From contig JALDTO010000154.1 of assembly GCA_023515725.1 (NCBI GenBank), positions 761,003 to 819,975 of the forward strand: a stretch of 58,973 bases of DNA, written 5' to 3'. The notes below the pieces were generated by a model. That model worked only from the letters and a program-made list of their open reading frames with translations, did not search any database and was not told the DNA's origin. A program made the translations under genes and the position numbers. This document shows positions 38,949-52,681 of the stretch, in pieces (position 1 is the first letter of the stretch; each line of letters starts with the position of its first letter). Source of the stretch: Amoeboaphelidium protococcarum X5 (taxonomy: Eukaryota > Fungi > Aphelidiomycota).

Positions 38949-39383
38949 ATTGTCTGATTTCTAAGACATGCTGCGGTTTTCGTATATAAAAACGATGATT
39001 ATGATGGGATACAATATAGATTGATTGTATTAGACATATATTGTAGTTTGAATGTGTTCTCCTTACGACGTGCCTAGGAAATCTCTAACATTATTTCACT
39101 GAAACATTCCTCTTTAGGAGATAAAGGTTTGAAACACACACGCTCAGAAGCATTCACTCGCTGATCTTTGCTGTTGATCTTCCAGTTTCTGAGACAATCG
39201 TTCGTTGAAGAACGTTCAAACAAACTTTGTTCTTTCTCACGGGACTGACTGATTGTTGTCGCTTTTGATGGTCATTTGCTTTGATTGACTTTGATAATTT
39301 TCTCTTTTTTTCTACCGTTCCCATCTTCAATATAGTCTAATTTATTAGAGGACTCTCAACTATTGTATTTCATTAAAACGAAA

Positions 39384-41581
39384 ATGGATAAAAAGTTTAG
39401 ACATTTGGATAGTGACAATTCAAACTTGAATTTACTTCATCCGAGTCCTGAGGGAGATGATGGAATGCGTTCATCATCGCTGTCATTGATGGACTCGCCT
39501 GAAGATGTACTCAACACTGTGGATGATCCTGCAGTCCAGTCTAATGTTGCCAACCCATTCTATACTTATCACATTGACAAGACTTTAGAAAATGTAAGTT
39601 TATTAGAGTATAAATTTTAATGATTTAACCAATATTTCTATGTATAGTGTAGCAAGATTTGAAAAACGTCATTCTATCTGCACATCTGCCTCAGTAAGAT
39701 GGGACCAAGACGGCGTAAGTGTTGACTGAAAAAATGATTCCGGAGCAGTTTGAAGAGATGCAATAGATATCCAAGAACTTGAAGACTTGTGTTGAGCTGA
39801 GAAGAAAGTATTTGCAGTTGTCTTGTCAGAATAATGGTGGTTCTGGACTAGATTGTGCTACTGATTGCTACCCAGTGCCTGAGGATATTTCTGCTGTCGG
39901 ACGCGAAGTTAAAGACCCACTGCAGATTGATGTTAATCTACTTCCTGCCAAAGACCAGTCAGTGTTCAAGATGAGTGATGAAGGTGTGTTTTAAGTATTT
40001 GAATCTGAGGAGAAGAGTTTACAGAATGCTAGTCGCTTCGTTGTTCCCACCATAAAGAACTTCTTTCAGGATATGGACTTTATTCTTAACGTGATCAGTG
40101 ATGGACCTACAAAGAGTATTGCATTCAGAAGACTAAGGTACTTGGAGTCTAAATTTCAGATGCACGTCCTGCTGAATGAGTAGGCTGAGAATGCTCAGAG
40201 TAAATGTGTGCCTCATAGAGATTTCTACAATGTGCGCAAAGTCGATACTCATGTGCATCTGGCATCAGCTATGAATTAGAAACATTTATTGAGATTCATA
40301 AAGTCCAAGTTGAGAAAGAATCCTGATGATCTGGTTATCTTTCGTGATGGGAAGTACCTTACTCTTGCTCAGGTGTTTGAGTCTCTCAAATTGACTGCAT
40401 ATGATCTCAGTATTGACACGCTGGACATGCATGCGCACAAGGATACTTTTCATAGATTCGACAAGTTCAATTTGAAGTATAATCCTATTGGTGAGTCTAG
40501 ATTACGTGAGATTTTCATGAAGACTGATAATTTGATTGAGGGACGGTATTTGGCTTAGTTGACCAGGGAGATTATAAGTGATCTGGAGGCTAGCAAGTAT
40601 TAGATGGCTGAGTATAGAATTTCTATTTATGGTAGATCGCCTTAAGAGTGGGATAAATTGGCTGCATGGGTTTGCAATCACAATCTGTTTAGTCCTAATG
40701 TGCGTTGGCTTATTCAGATTCCTCGTTTGTACAATTTGTACAAGGTCAAGAATATTGTGAACAATTTTGAAGAGATGGTGGTGAACATCTTCAAGCCACT
40801 GTTTGAAGTGACTATGGACCCAAAAAGTCATCCTCAGCTACACGTCTTCCTTCAGCGCGTCGTTGGATTTGATAGTGTCGATGATGAGAGTAAGAGTGAG
40901 CGTAGAATTCACAAAAAGTATCCGGTGCCCAAGACGTGGAATCTCGCGATGAATCCTCCGTACGCTTACTATATGTACTACATGTATGCTAATATGTGTT
41001 CTCTTAACCAGTGGAGAAAGTCTCGTGGGTTCAACACGTTTATGATGAGACCCCACAGTGGAGAAGCTGGAGATACTGATCATTTGACTGCTGCATTCCT
41101 CAGCTCTTACCATATAAGTCATGGTATTCTATTGCGTAAGGTTCCTGCTCTATAGTATCTTTTCTATTTAGAGCAGGTTGGTTTGGCAATGTCTCCCCTA
41201 TCCAATAATTGCCTCTTTATCAACTATGAACGCAATCCATTCCCATCGTTCTTCCACATTGGGCTGAATGTGTGCCTGTCCACTGATGATCCGCTGCAGT
41301 TGCATTTCACCAAAGAGCCGCTGATTGAGGAGTACAGTGTCGCCGCGCAGATTTGGAAGTTTAGCGCTGTGGACATGTGCGAACTTGCGCGTAATTCAGT
41401 TCTTCACTCTGGCTGGGAGAATAAGGCCAAGTGCAAGTGGCTGGGTGATAGCTATGCTAAGGATGGCGTGGAGGGCAATGATATTCACAAGACCAACGTA
41501 CCAAATATTCGCGTGGAGTATCGCCATTAAACTCTCATGGAGGAACGTTAGTTTATTTTTGGAGATCGATCATCAGGATGA
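39384..41581 (+). CDS. AMD1: AMP deaminase; intron 39594-39652
   Basis: [64 protein letters not shown]. Confidence 0.97.
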
Positions 41582-41704
41582 TAAGAATGATAAGAGATAC
41601 CCTTTTATTATTTGAAGTAGAAAAGAAAGATAATAAAAGATTTATAAATTTAGAGCATTATAATTTATCATTTCCGTAAATATATAGTAAATGGCAAGAA
41701 TCTG

Positions 41705-43174
41705 TCACCTGTTTAGAAATGCATCACGGGTATAAAAGATGGCAGTCAACGGTAGTCCACTCAACAAGCCCAACCAAAAGAAGGCATTCGCAGCGAGAGG
41801 ATACTTCTATAACGAGGATACTCTCAAGATGTAAATGATTGGAAGCTGGGACATTTACATAAAAAAGAACAACATTACCACCTTGCCGGCCACCACTGCC
41901 AACAGCAATTCATGAATGCATGATGAGAACAAAAAAGTGATGAAGGAAGCGTTCGTCTTGGATATCTGGTAGTTGTCAATAGAGTGCAAGTAGATATGCC
42001 TCAAAAGAAAGTCGTGCACAACCTTGTTCCATTTCCTGGCGAACTCATCGTAATTGGTAGAATTCCACCAATCTTCATAGAACTGACGATCAGCAAAACA
42101 AGTCAACTCTGCCAGTGCATTACACAAACACTCAAAAATCATATAGAAGCCCAATAGCCAGCATAGAGTAAACGGCATCAGCAAGTGGCCAATTGTTTCG
42201 ATTAAGCTCAGCTGGGCCATATTCTCCAACACAGGGCTAATGTAATGTTCTACCAGCAGGTACAGAATAGTGAACACACCAAAGAAGCCAACCACCTTCT
42301 CGAACACATAATTCCAGCGGATCGCCTCAGTTCTTGGATACTCTAAATTATACACCAGCACGGGGATACACAGAAAGTACACATAATTCCCAAGAGTCAG
42401 ATTAGCCGGATATCTGGTATCACCAGTGGTTAATTCATCCTCTAAATTCTTCAAGTCCTATTCCAAAGACACGGCACCTCCTCTCTTTGATTAAGATGAT
42501 TATGAAGACCCGCGATAGGACGTCTTTCCATCTTCGTCACTTGCCAACTGCTCCTCCACTGAACGTCTCTGCGTCATTGGACTTTTAGGATGGATCTCCA
42601 ATTCATCAGCCTTACGCTTACCTCTACCAATATCATCTTTAAGCTTCAACACGTACCTATGCACTTGCTCCAATTCTTGATTATATGACAGGTAACTGTG
42701 CATCTTCATGTACAGGGTGCAAACATGCAAACAGATCGCAGTCTTCCCCGGCCATGCAAAATTTCGATGCACTGTAAAGGCAATAGTTCCCAGTAGAAAT
42801 AGGGCCTAGTAAAGATGCTACAAAACAATTCCTAGCCAGATGGGTATATATCTTCGATGGACAAGCCAGTGCAGTGCAGGAGCGACGAACGACAGGGCGG
42901 TAATTACCAGATCGCTCAGCGCAAGAACCACAACATCATGAGACAGAAGATTATACAGCTTGAACGTAAATTTTCCACCATTTCTGTAATGTACATATAG
43001 ATTATCCAGCAGTGTAATGGCAATACCAATCCAGAACAAGATGAAGAATCCGCGAAAGTTATTCAGTTCCCTGATCAAAGTCTCTGAATCCAGCAATGAA
43101 GTTCTCGGCTCAAATTTTCCCTTCCTAATCTTTTTGATAGACTGATAAGGCTTCTCTGCTAGCTTTAAAGGCAT
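41705..43174 (-). CDS. Sterol O-acyltransferase (MBOAT, Are1/Are2/SOAT family)
   Basis: MKMHSY, YPANLT, LEYPRT, LAELTCFADRQFYEDWWNS, RKWNKVVH, SSCIHE, NAFFWLG. Confidence 0.92.
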
Positions 43175-43310
43175 GATATAAATTTGCTTATTCTTGATTA
43201 TGATTGAAAACTAGAATTTTTAATTAAATAATATCAAATATCAAGAACCAGTCAAAATGTGCGCGCCTGTCAATTAAATAGTCCCACTAGAGACTTCACA
43301 TTAACGCACA

Positions 43311-43715
43311 ATGCTATCTCGGCTCTTACGAGAGGGGATGCTGGGCAATTTAGACGAAGAAGAGTTGACTCGGATTACTCAATTGTTAACTAGAGCAGAG
43401 GCACGACAAGGAGCGGGAATCAGGCCGTAGTAATCAGATGTGCATGATGATCATTCTGGTGATTCTGATGGAGATTAGACCGTATCTGAAGAGGAATATG
43501 AATAATTTGACCGGTACTACTAAGGAGGAACTGGTATAATTGAGGATTACGATGATTATTCAGGAAGTGATTATGAAGATTACGAAGGAGAAGAACTCTA
43601 CTCAGATTATAACAGGTACGAGGATGAAGATGATGTTGATTACCTCTCGGGCGGCGATGATGTTGGTGTTGTGCAAATGAATCGCTATCAATCGCATGAT
43701 ATTGACTGGGACTGA
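43311..43715 (+). CDS. Small acidic Asp/Glu/Tyr-rich hypothetical protein (possible start 43257)
   Basis: Open table-6 frame, strongly biased D/E/Y composition, TGA stop. Confidence 0.5.
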
Positions 43716-43937
43716 TTCTTGAAGATGTTCATATTTAGATTGTGTTGTCCCGTATGTACGGTAATAGAATTGTATAAATTTTGCATCTCTCGTTTCTCTC
43801 TCTCACTTCCTCTGGCTTTCAATCTCCTGCCTTTGTTTTCATTTCAGTCAGCCAGTCAGTTAAAAAGGTCTTAGCTTTGTTTCGAATCGCATCGCGTCAC
43901 TGCATAAAACTTGTGTGTGATAAGTAAAAGTAGTTAA

Positions 43938-44777
43938 ATGCTATAGCGAGCGAGTCTAAAAAGATTAAGACCGTTGGTGGTCAATAATGGGATAAGAGTT
44001 GGTGTTGGCTGCTATCGCTGCGCTTCAACTGTAAGTTCTTCTGCTTCAAACTACGCTAGTGGTAGTAAATCGAATGGATCATCTGGTGCTGTTAAAACAT
44101 CTACTACTCCCGCTGCGAAAGAGGTTGGCGGTGATTAGATTGAAGTCGCATCTGAAGGTGACAAACCGTTCCCGTAAGAACCGTATTTAGCTGGTGATGA
44201 CGGTAATTCAGACGCCACGACATCACCTGCTGACAGAGACTGGTCACTCTCATTCCATGGAATTGGAAGTTAGCCTTTCAGTAAGGAGGCGGCGAGTATT
44301 CTGATGGCACCGTTGGATGATGCAGACATTGAAGTTAAGCCAGATGGACTGTTGTACTTGCCAGAGATTAAGTATCGCCGCATTTTGAACAAGGCATTCA
44401 GTCCGGGTGGATGGGGATTATGCCCCAGAGGTCCTCACTCTATTGTGGGCACTAATACTTTGACGCGCGAGTATGCACTGATTGTCCTGGGCCGGTTCGT
44501 CAGTCAGGCTAGAGGTGAGCAGTAGTTCTTCAGTCAGCAAATGAAAGCCACCGCGACTGAGGGTGTAAAGTCGAATGCTCTCATGAGATGTTGTAAAGAT
44601 TTGGGTATTGCCAGCGAGTTGTGGGATCCGGCCTTCATTAGAAAGTGGAAGGCCAAATTTGCCAAAGAGTGTTGGGTGCTTGACTAGAGAACTTCAGTTA
44701 ATGGCAAAGGGCCGCGTAAGAGGCTATGGAGACGTGTTGACGAAAAGTTTGATTATCCATATCAAGAGATTAAGTGA
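43938..44777 (+). CDS. MGM101: Mitochondrial genome maintenance protein Mgm101
   Basis: [78 protein letters not shown]. Confidence 0.96.
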
Positions 44778-44870
44778 ATGAATGCATTATAGTAGCTCGA
44801 TAAATTCATTATTTCCGCTTTCAATGCTGAGTTTCCTCTTTATTCCCATTGTAGCGACTGAGAGTTTATA

Positions 44871-46196
44871 TCAAAGCTGGACTTTTTGGCCAGTTACGAG
44901 AGACTTTTTACCAGCTTCTAGGATAGTTGTTACATTTCTGGTGGTGGATACTAAAGCTAGCATCTACCAATTGAACGGGAGCTTATTCGCAGCGGATTTG
45001 GTGTTATCAGACACCCTCGAGGAATTCGACGCTGACACAGTCAGCAACTCTTCTAAAGTGTCAAGTGTGATCTCTCCATCACTAACCAACTGACATGCTT
45101 CTAACCACACTTGAAAGCTTTAGTAACCATATGTCTATTACCCATTGAACTGGCCAAACTAATCAGGAGTATAAGTCCAAAAAAGTGGATTATTCGACTT
45201 GTATCCTTACAAATCAGTCGTTGTCTCGTAGCCTCTATGAGCCTGATCAATCCGTATTTCTCCAGCAGATCCTAGCAGATGGAATCTTTGCTATGAGTGA
45301 ACTTCAGCCTTGTCAGGAGCAACCCAGCTGGACGTGAACACAGCATGAGCCCAGTTGCTTTTATCACTTGCAAATTCAACCAACAAAGTGATTGTATCCT
45401 CACACTGAGAAGAGCATCCATAGTCTGCAGATGATGCGATACCTTTAGAAGCAGACGCGTAGACACTTACAGGCTTCAACTACGGATAGGACCAACAAAG
45501 GAAATCAATATGGTGCGAGTTAAGATAATACGAAATATCGGAGGATACACCAGCCCATGATTTAAACGTCTTCAACTAATATTTTGGCTAAGACATGTAA
45601 GCATAAAAGTAGGATAAGTTTGCACCCATTTGACCATCAACAATCTTATTTCGAGCATCCTTATAAATGGGATCGAATCGTTTATGGAACTCGGTGCATA
45701 CAACCACATTATGCTTCCGTGACTCTTCAATCAAGAGATCATGCTCCTTGAGATGATGAACCGTTGGCTTGGCTATCATGACGTGCATTCCCTTCTGGAT
45801 GGCGTATAATGCTATAGGATAATGTGTAGAGTCGGGAGTAAAGATAGTGACAGCTGAACCAGAAGACATTGAATCTATCGCGTCTTGGTAAGCCTATAGA
45901 TTAGTTCCCGATTTGGGCCAACACTCGTCAATCTGAGTAGATAAGTTTGAATACATCTAGCCAATGCCGTCATTAAGCCAATAAATACTTCTCTCCACTT
46001 TCTCCGCCGAAGTTCCACACAACCCAATCCATTCAACCATGCCACGTTGACGCAGATGGAACATTGTTAATGCAACCACGCCCATCTTTTTATCAGTTGA
46101 ATTGCTTGAGCTCTGAATTCCCTAAGTACCAGCAGCATTGACAGAAGGCGGTATACCAACCGTATACTCTCCAGTTCCAACCATTAAGACTCTCAT
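44871..46196 (-). CDS. gaaA: D-galacturonate reductase-like Gfo/Idh/MocA oxidoreductase
   Basis: [65 protein letters not shown] match the fungal GaaA family. Confidence 0.85.
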
Positions 46197-46432
46197 AACT
46201 TACACTTAGGTAGTTTCTATATGACGTCAAATGTTAAACAAAAATCGAAAGTTGAGTCCCGCACGAAAGTAAAATTGGTTAAAGCAATAAAAGCAATCAA
46301 ATTTCCAGTGAAATGGCCACCGGAAACAATAAGAAAACTAGATCAAAATCAAAAGCCAGACAAAGATTCAAACTATTTAATTACGATTCAATCGACAAAA
46401 GGGAAAGTTATAATGGATGGGAGAGACAGTTA

Positions 46433-47854
46433 TCACGCGTTCTTGGTGAAGTTGGCCAGCTGTTTCAGAATTCTTACGGTGGGATCCACTTCGCGTTGAC
46501 GAGAAGAGTCGCGTCGCTGTAGACGATTTGGAGACGGCACTTCGAGTCCCAGTAGTGATGCTCTTCTTGCATCATCCTTTGTCATTCTCAGACCAGAATC
46601 GCGTCTCTTGTTCTCAGGAATGACTTTCTGACTCGCACCATCTTGAGACGGTGAAGTAGATAAGTCTTCATCCTCATCAGGCCACACCACTTCAATGGCG
46701 GCCACAAACATTTCATCAACATGCTGCTTAATCTCCTTGAGAACGGTAATCATATCATGAGCATGCATCAACTTTGGATCACAGTCTTTTAGGAGAGATT
46801 CAATATTCAATTCCAAATTTTCAATGTCTTGACACACCTTGTAATTTGCAGAGTCATCAAGCATCAGTCTAACGTTCTCATCCGATATCAAATCATCCAT
46901 CATCTGCTTCTCTATGGAGAACAAATCCACATTCTCATCAGCTAATTCACAATCTAGATAGTTCTCAAGTTGGATTCCAGACCATTATTAAATCTATTCA
47001 CTTGTCAGATTGATTTATTCATTGAGTTATTAAAACTCCCTTTCCAATTATTCATTCAACGGATTTGGGCGTTGAACAACTCTTGGTGGATCTCTTGGTC
47101 TGTGATACCATGAACAGTTGATCTAACCATCCAAAAGCGCTTGGTAGATATCTTGCAGAACTATGGACACCTGTATATCAGACTACTAATCCTTGATACG
47201 TGAAATGCAATACAGAAGCAATTGTTTCATGCGAATAGGATCAGGCAGGTCTGGTTGAATGTGATTTACGAATTGAGTTGATGGAACGTCATTGTGTACA
47301 CTCAACTGCAAATTAGAATATGAACTTCGACGTTTTCCACGCAGACAGAAACTACTCTTTCTACCAGCACCAGATTTCCTCTTCTTTTGCAAGCTCTAAC
47401 GGAACTAATCTATATTGAACTTCTGAATAGACTATGTAACATCTTTACTGACTGAAGTAGAAGTAGTGTCGGTGGTACAAGTTTAAACGCTGCTTGAATG
47501 AGTACTAATCTGAGACATAGACTCTACTTCAGACTGCGGGAATTTGGCTTCTTGTTAATCTTAAACCAAAGTAATTGCTTTGGCCTTCATAGAGGATGAC
47601 TAAACACCATATTTGTGTTGTGGTAAACTCTTCTACTTCTTTGAGTCTTCATTCAGAATACTATCAAAACGTCTCTTGTGCAAATTCAGTGGGCTACTAG
47701 GCATAAAGTCACTGGTGGTGATGGTTTTACGTGGAGACTTTATATCATGCAACTACTATTGATTCTCGGCGATAGGCTTCAAAGGCTCAGCTCTCTTCTA
47801 GATATACTTCCACGGCAAAGGAGTCGGAAACGATGATCTTCTACCCTCAGTCAT
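46433..47854 (-). CDS. DSN1: Kinetochore MIS12-complex subunit Dsn1/Mis13
   Basis: RKSSFCLRGKRRSS followed by HNDVPSTQFVNHIQPDLPDPIRMKQLLLYC, INCSWY, RPNPLN; C-terminal DPTVRILKQLA. Confidence 0.82.
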
Positions 47855-48005
47855 TACTAAAGTAAAATACTTTCAACAAATTATTATTATGCAGACAAGT
47901 ATAGTACAACACTGTGACTTAAAATTGTTCTAGAGTTTTAATAATAAAGTTGAAACAGAAATGGAAAGCTGGACGAGCGTTTCACCGTTTCAAGTCTTCG
48001 CCAAC

Positions 48006-48899
48006 ATGGACGCGACACTTTATCCAGACTACTTTGAAACGACAGTATTTCTTTACACTCACTGTACTTTGTTGTGTATCATCTATTAAACTTAAGACAA
48101 TACTATCAAAAAACTTGAACAAATGACAGTTAAAGCCAGCGATTGCGAAAGATACGAAATTCAGGACTTGAAATTAAAAGTGTTGCAAGATTATCTGCTG
48201 AACCTGGAAGCTACGAATGCAAAATTGTATGCTCGCTGTAATGATTTGGAGTTGAAACAACGTTTGTCTGAGTAATAAATGTAGTCTCTGTCAAATTTAT
48301 CCGACTTGAACTGTGATATTAATCCAAGTCCTATCATAGCCTTCACTATAGTTCAATAGATTATTGACGAGGCTATCAATAAAAGCGAACAGTCTCAACT
48401 GTAGAAAGAATTTAAGAATCGCCTGAATGAAACGGAGACTTTGAAGGATCAGTAGCTTGAACAAATGGCTGAGAAATTGAAAGAAGGTGAAATGAACAAA
48501 GTTCTCGCGCGTTCATTGCAAAGGGAGACAGAATTGATGAAGAGAGAGTTTGAATTTGAAAAGTCTTACATCAAGGCCGCTCTGTAACTCTAATAGGACG
48601 AATTGAAATGTTAATACCAGACTCTGTCAATGTTATAAGACCAACTTTAGGAATTGAATTTGCGTCTATCTGAGAAAGAAAATGAGTGTGAAGAGCTGCA
48701 AATTTATATCACCACATACAAGAAGTAATCGAAAGAAAAGGTAGAGATCTTGAAGGCGAATTGCGCTGCTGCAGACGCTGAAGTAGAAAAGTTGGACGCT
48801 ATAATTGGCAAGATCAGGGAAGCATTCCACAAAGAGATCACTTTTATAAATCAGAATCAACGATTGTCAAATTTGATGAATGTGATAAGTGAGAACTGA
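48006..48899 (+). CDS. Coiled-coil hypothetical protein (5' exon uncertain; main exon from ~48098/48123)
   Basis: E/K/Q/L heptad-rich table-6 frame 48123-48899 ending TGA. Confidence 0.55.
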
Positions 48900-48951
48900 T
48901 CTTCACTAAATATACGCACTTTATCATCATTTTTTCTACATTCGACACTTC

Positions 48952-50430
48952 TCATTTCTTCACCTGAGCCAAAAATGAACACATTGATGAGTCGTCACAC
49001 TTGTTACCACTAATAAATGGATGCTTGCGACCACTTGATGAACCTTTGAGAAGAGCTGATGGCGATGGTCTACTTTGTGGGTCTTTGTCCAGACACAACT
49101 CTACAAAATGACTGAAATCACGCGTATATGGACCACCAGATGATTGATCAGGCACTTTTGGCAACTGTCCATTAACGATAAGAGTGAGCAAATCAAACGG
49201 ACTGAGATTTTCAACATTAACGGATCCTTGTGAGAGTCCTGACGCAAGAGGATGTTTGCCCAGGGCGAGTTCGAGCAACGTAAGTCCCAGACTCCAGCTA
49301 TCTGACTATGTAGAGTATTGTGCACCCTAAATCCTCTCTGGAGACATATATGCACCAGTACCGACAAATGTGTTGGCAAAAGTTGCCTCCAACTGGCCAG
49401 AGACTCCAAAATCGCACAATTTGATCTAGCCTTGCTTGTTGATCAAAATATTGGACGGCTTTATGTCTCGGTGTACAATCCTGTGCTTTTCATATAAATA
49501 CACCAGTCCTTCCAGCACACTGATAGTGATATGTCCAAGAATAGGTTCCTTAATACTACCAACGCGAGCAATACTTTCCAATGACCCTGCATCCATATAC
49601 TCCATACATATGCAAAGTTCTCCGGATGATATGAACGCCCCATAGAAGCTAACGATGAACTTGGATTAACACTCTCCTAGAATCCTCAACTCACGCGCAA
49701 TCTCCTTACTCAGGCCACCATTCTCACCATCTGCTGCATTGAGTATATGGACTCCATTGATAGATTTCTTAGCCATAATGGTATTCGTAACAATGTGTCT
49801 GACGCGATACACAGTACCTCCACTACCCTCGCCCAATTCTTGCAAGAGCTCAAGATCACTATCAGCCAGAGTATTGAGGTATTTATGTAATACTTGAGCT
49901 CTCTCGCTACTCTAATTTTTCAGAAGCAGGTTAGAGCTACTTGAGGATCGAGATTTATTTGTGAGGGAGTTACTATTCTATCCTTACAGTGTAGTATTAA
50001 AAATGCCACCTTACTCACCGACATTTTATGATTAGTAATTCAAGCTATCAGATGATTGTTTACGCATTGCTGTCATTGCACCTAAATCAATTGGCTTAGG
50101 ACGTGGTCGGCGTTACTTAACAGGGCCATTCAGAGATTATTACGATCCACCTAGTTGCTCCATTGAAGTCGCGCCGCTGATACTATTATTGTCTCCATAT
50201 GAGCTGAGAGAGTCGCTAGAAGCAGATATTGATAATTTCTAAAGGCTTCTATTCACACCACTTGATCCAGAGTTGATGATAAAAGTATTATCAACAGAAG
50301 ATCCAGTTTGATTAGAATCAGAGTTGGCAGATGACGGCGAAGATTGAGATGATTTTGATGTTTAAATGCCTCCAGCAGCCAAATCTAACCGCGGTAATGG
50401 CTTGGTCTTTACTTTACGAGGCACCGACAT
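48952..50430 (-). CDS. MAP kinase kinase (Ste7/MEK1-like)
   Basis: N-terminal D-motif [70 protein letters not shown]. Confidence 0.93.
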
Positions 50431-50722
50431 TAATTTAGTATTTTTAAAATAAACTAATGGTGGTAGATTTTGTTGATAAATAAAAAGCTGATTGATATGA
50501 AGATTAAAGCTAAAGAAATGGTTTAATCATCAAACGAGCTCCCATGAAGTTGATTAAGATATTTATAGCCTACTACAAGAGTTGAAAGTAGAGATATTTC
50601 TATAGTTAAAACGCAATATATTGCTTAATGAGACATTCAGTATATACCCCACAAAATTCATAGCGTTTATTTTTTTATCCTGTAAGATGCAAACGCTATG
50701 TCTGTATTACAATTCAAAACAT

Positions 50723-52426
50723 TCACTTCGATTCTCTTATTTGAATTTTGCCGATAATGCCAATCAATCGGTCATTGTTACCTTAATGCTTCAAAATTTC
50801 CCCGTTGACAGCGATGCCAACTTCTATCACTTGTATTTACAATGGAAGCTGATATTCTAGTGCTTGCCACCCCTTCTGAGACTCTAAACTGGAATTTAAA
50901 GTTTGATCTGCATAACACATTACCATCAATTCTTCTTCACCAACTCGATACTTGCAGTACAGCGAAAACGCGTCCAACTTCCCAATCACCTGAGTTATCA
51001 CAACACCGTTCTCAAGCTTGATACCTTCAAATCTAAATAGTGGAGATATCATTATCTCTCGAGGCACATTGACAGCATTACAAAGTATAGATAGCGCGTG
51101 AGAACCAGAATACGGTTCAATCCCAATCCCATCTTGAGCATTCGTCAGTCTCCATTCAAACAGTTCCAGATTAAGACGATCAGCTCCTTTGATATCATAG
51201 AACCTGTTTGAATTACACAGATTTGGAAGATAGCTCTATTTTGATATGTGACTATAGAATCCAGAGTGCATTAATTTCCCATTTTGAAACATGTAATTAC
51301 CGTATCCCATACAAAAATCCGTCTCAAAACTATTATCAACTACAGGTGTAGAGTACAATGATAGATATTGACTTATTCCACAGTAATCGTCGTTCCAAAG
51401 CATATTGTCCAATTTATAATAATTCAGTCTAGATTTCCCCTCAAACGACCATGCAGGTGCAAATAAAGCTGCATTTAGTCCATACTTTTTTATCAGATCA
51501 AAATCCTACGATATTGATTGAAATGATAAGTTGATTAAAAAATAAACTTGTAGATTCAATCTTACCAGATGACAGTTTAATTACCCACCACCGAGCTGCC
51601 CGCGACCCCACACGTCTACACCAACATATACATCTTTAACTCTTTCACAAGCACTCTTTTGAGAAATTTCGAGTTACTTCTGGCGCCATGTGTAATTGGT
51701 AAAGAATGCATCTGAGACTTGAAAGAATTTGAGATTGTTTTCATTTAGACAATCCTGCCAATGCAGAGAACCATCATGAATGATAGAATCATACCAAATC
51801 AGCTTGAATGATGGGTTAGCCTAATGCAAGAGGTTTTTGAGTATAGTCAACCATTATAATAGTTTATCAACATGACGCGACTCAATCGGACTCTCAACAT
51901 TCACCAAATAACCATCAAACCGGAAATACTGAGCAATCTGTACCAGTTTAGCGGCAGTCTCAGCGCAGACAGTCTCATTACCACCAAAGGTATCGCCATA
52001 AATTAGACGAAGAATTTACTCAGTACCAGCTTCATGTTCAACAATAATAGTTCCGAGACATTGTACCCCATTCTTATGCGCGCAAGAAGTCCAAACCACA
52101 GGAGGTATAGTTAGAAAATGATGTGAGAAGTATACATATATTGAGATATGATTCCAATTTTTAACTGTATACGCAGTGCGCTCGAAATCCACTTTATCGC
52201 TATAATATCCTCCAGGATAAATATCATCTTCCACGTAACCACCTTGCATATCATGACAAACTATTAGATCCACGCCATCTCGCAACTTTTTCCGTGGCAA
52301 CAGTGGAACATGACAAATGTTATGCTCATCCAATCCCTCCAACGGCTCCCATTTAAGCAATTCAGCAACCGCAGTCAAGTATCGGCTTTCAACTTTATTT
52401 GAAATACTATTTAGTGGCAATATCAT
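50723..52426 (-). CDS. ENGASE: Cytosolic endo-beta-N-acetylglucosaminidase (GH85); intron 51506-51565
   Basis: LIVCHDMQGGY, YFSHH, AHKNGVQCLGTIIVE, FDGYLVNVE, IWYDS, FFTNYTW, GVDVWGRG, ALFAPAW. Confidence 0.92.
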
Positions 52427-52681
52427 TTCCCTATTGTTTATATCACTAATGCTACTGTTATGGAAAGCGACAATGGGGGAATAACTTGAAACGAGAGAAA
52501 CGCGCAAGTCTTTATTCTTCTTTTTCCCGCTCAGATACAATGTGAAGGACGGTATGGCGCGTTTACTGCAGTTTGCGCTCCATCACTTTTCCCTTTGCAG
52601 TTGCAGCCGCTAACTCTCTTGTTTTCTTCCTGGCAAGACATCAAGCAACCACCAAACAAATTTTGACGTGACGATTTCGGA

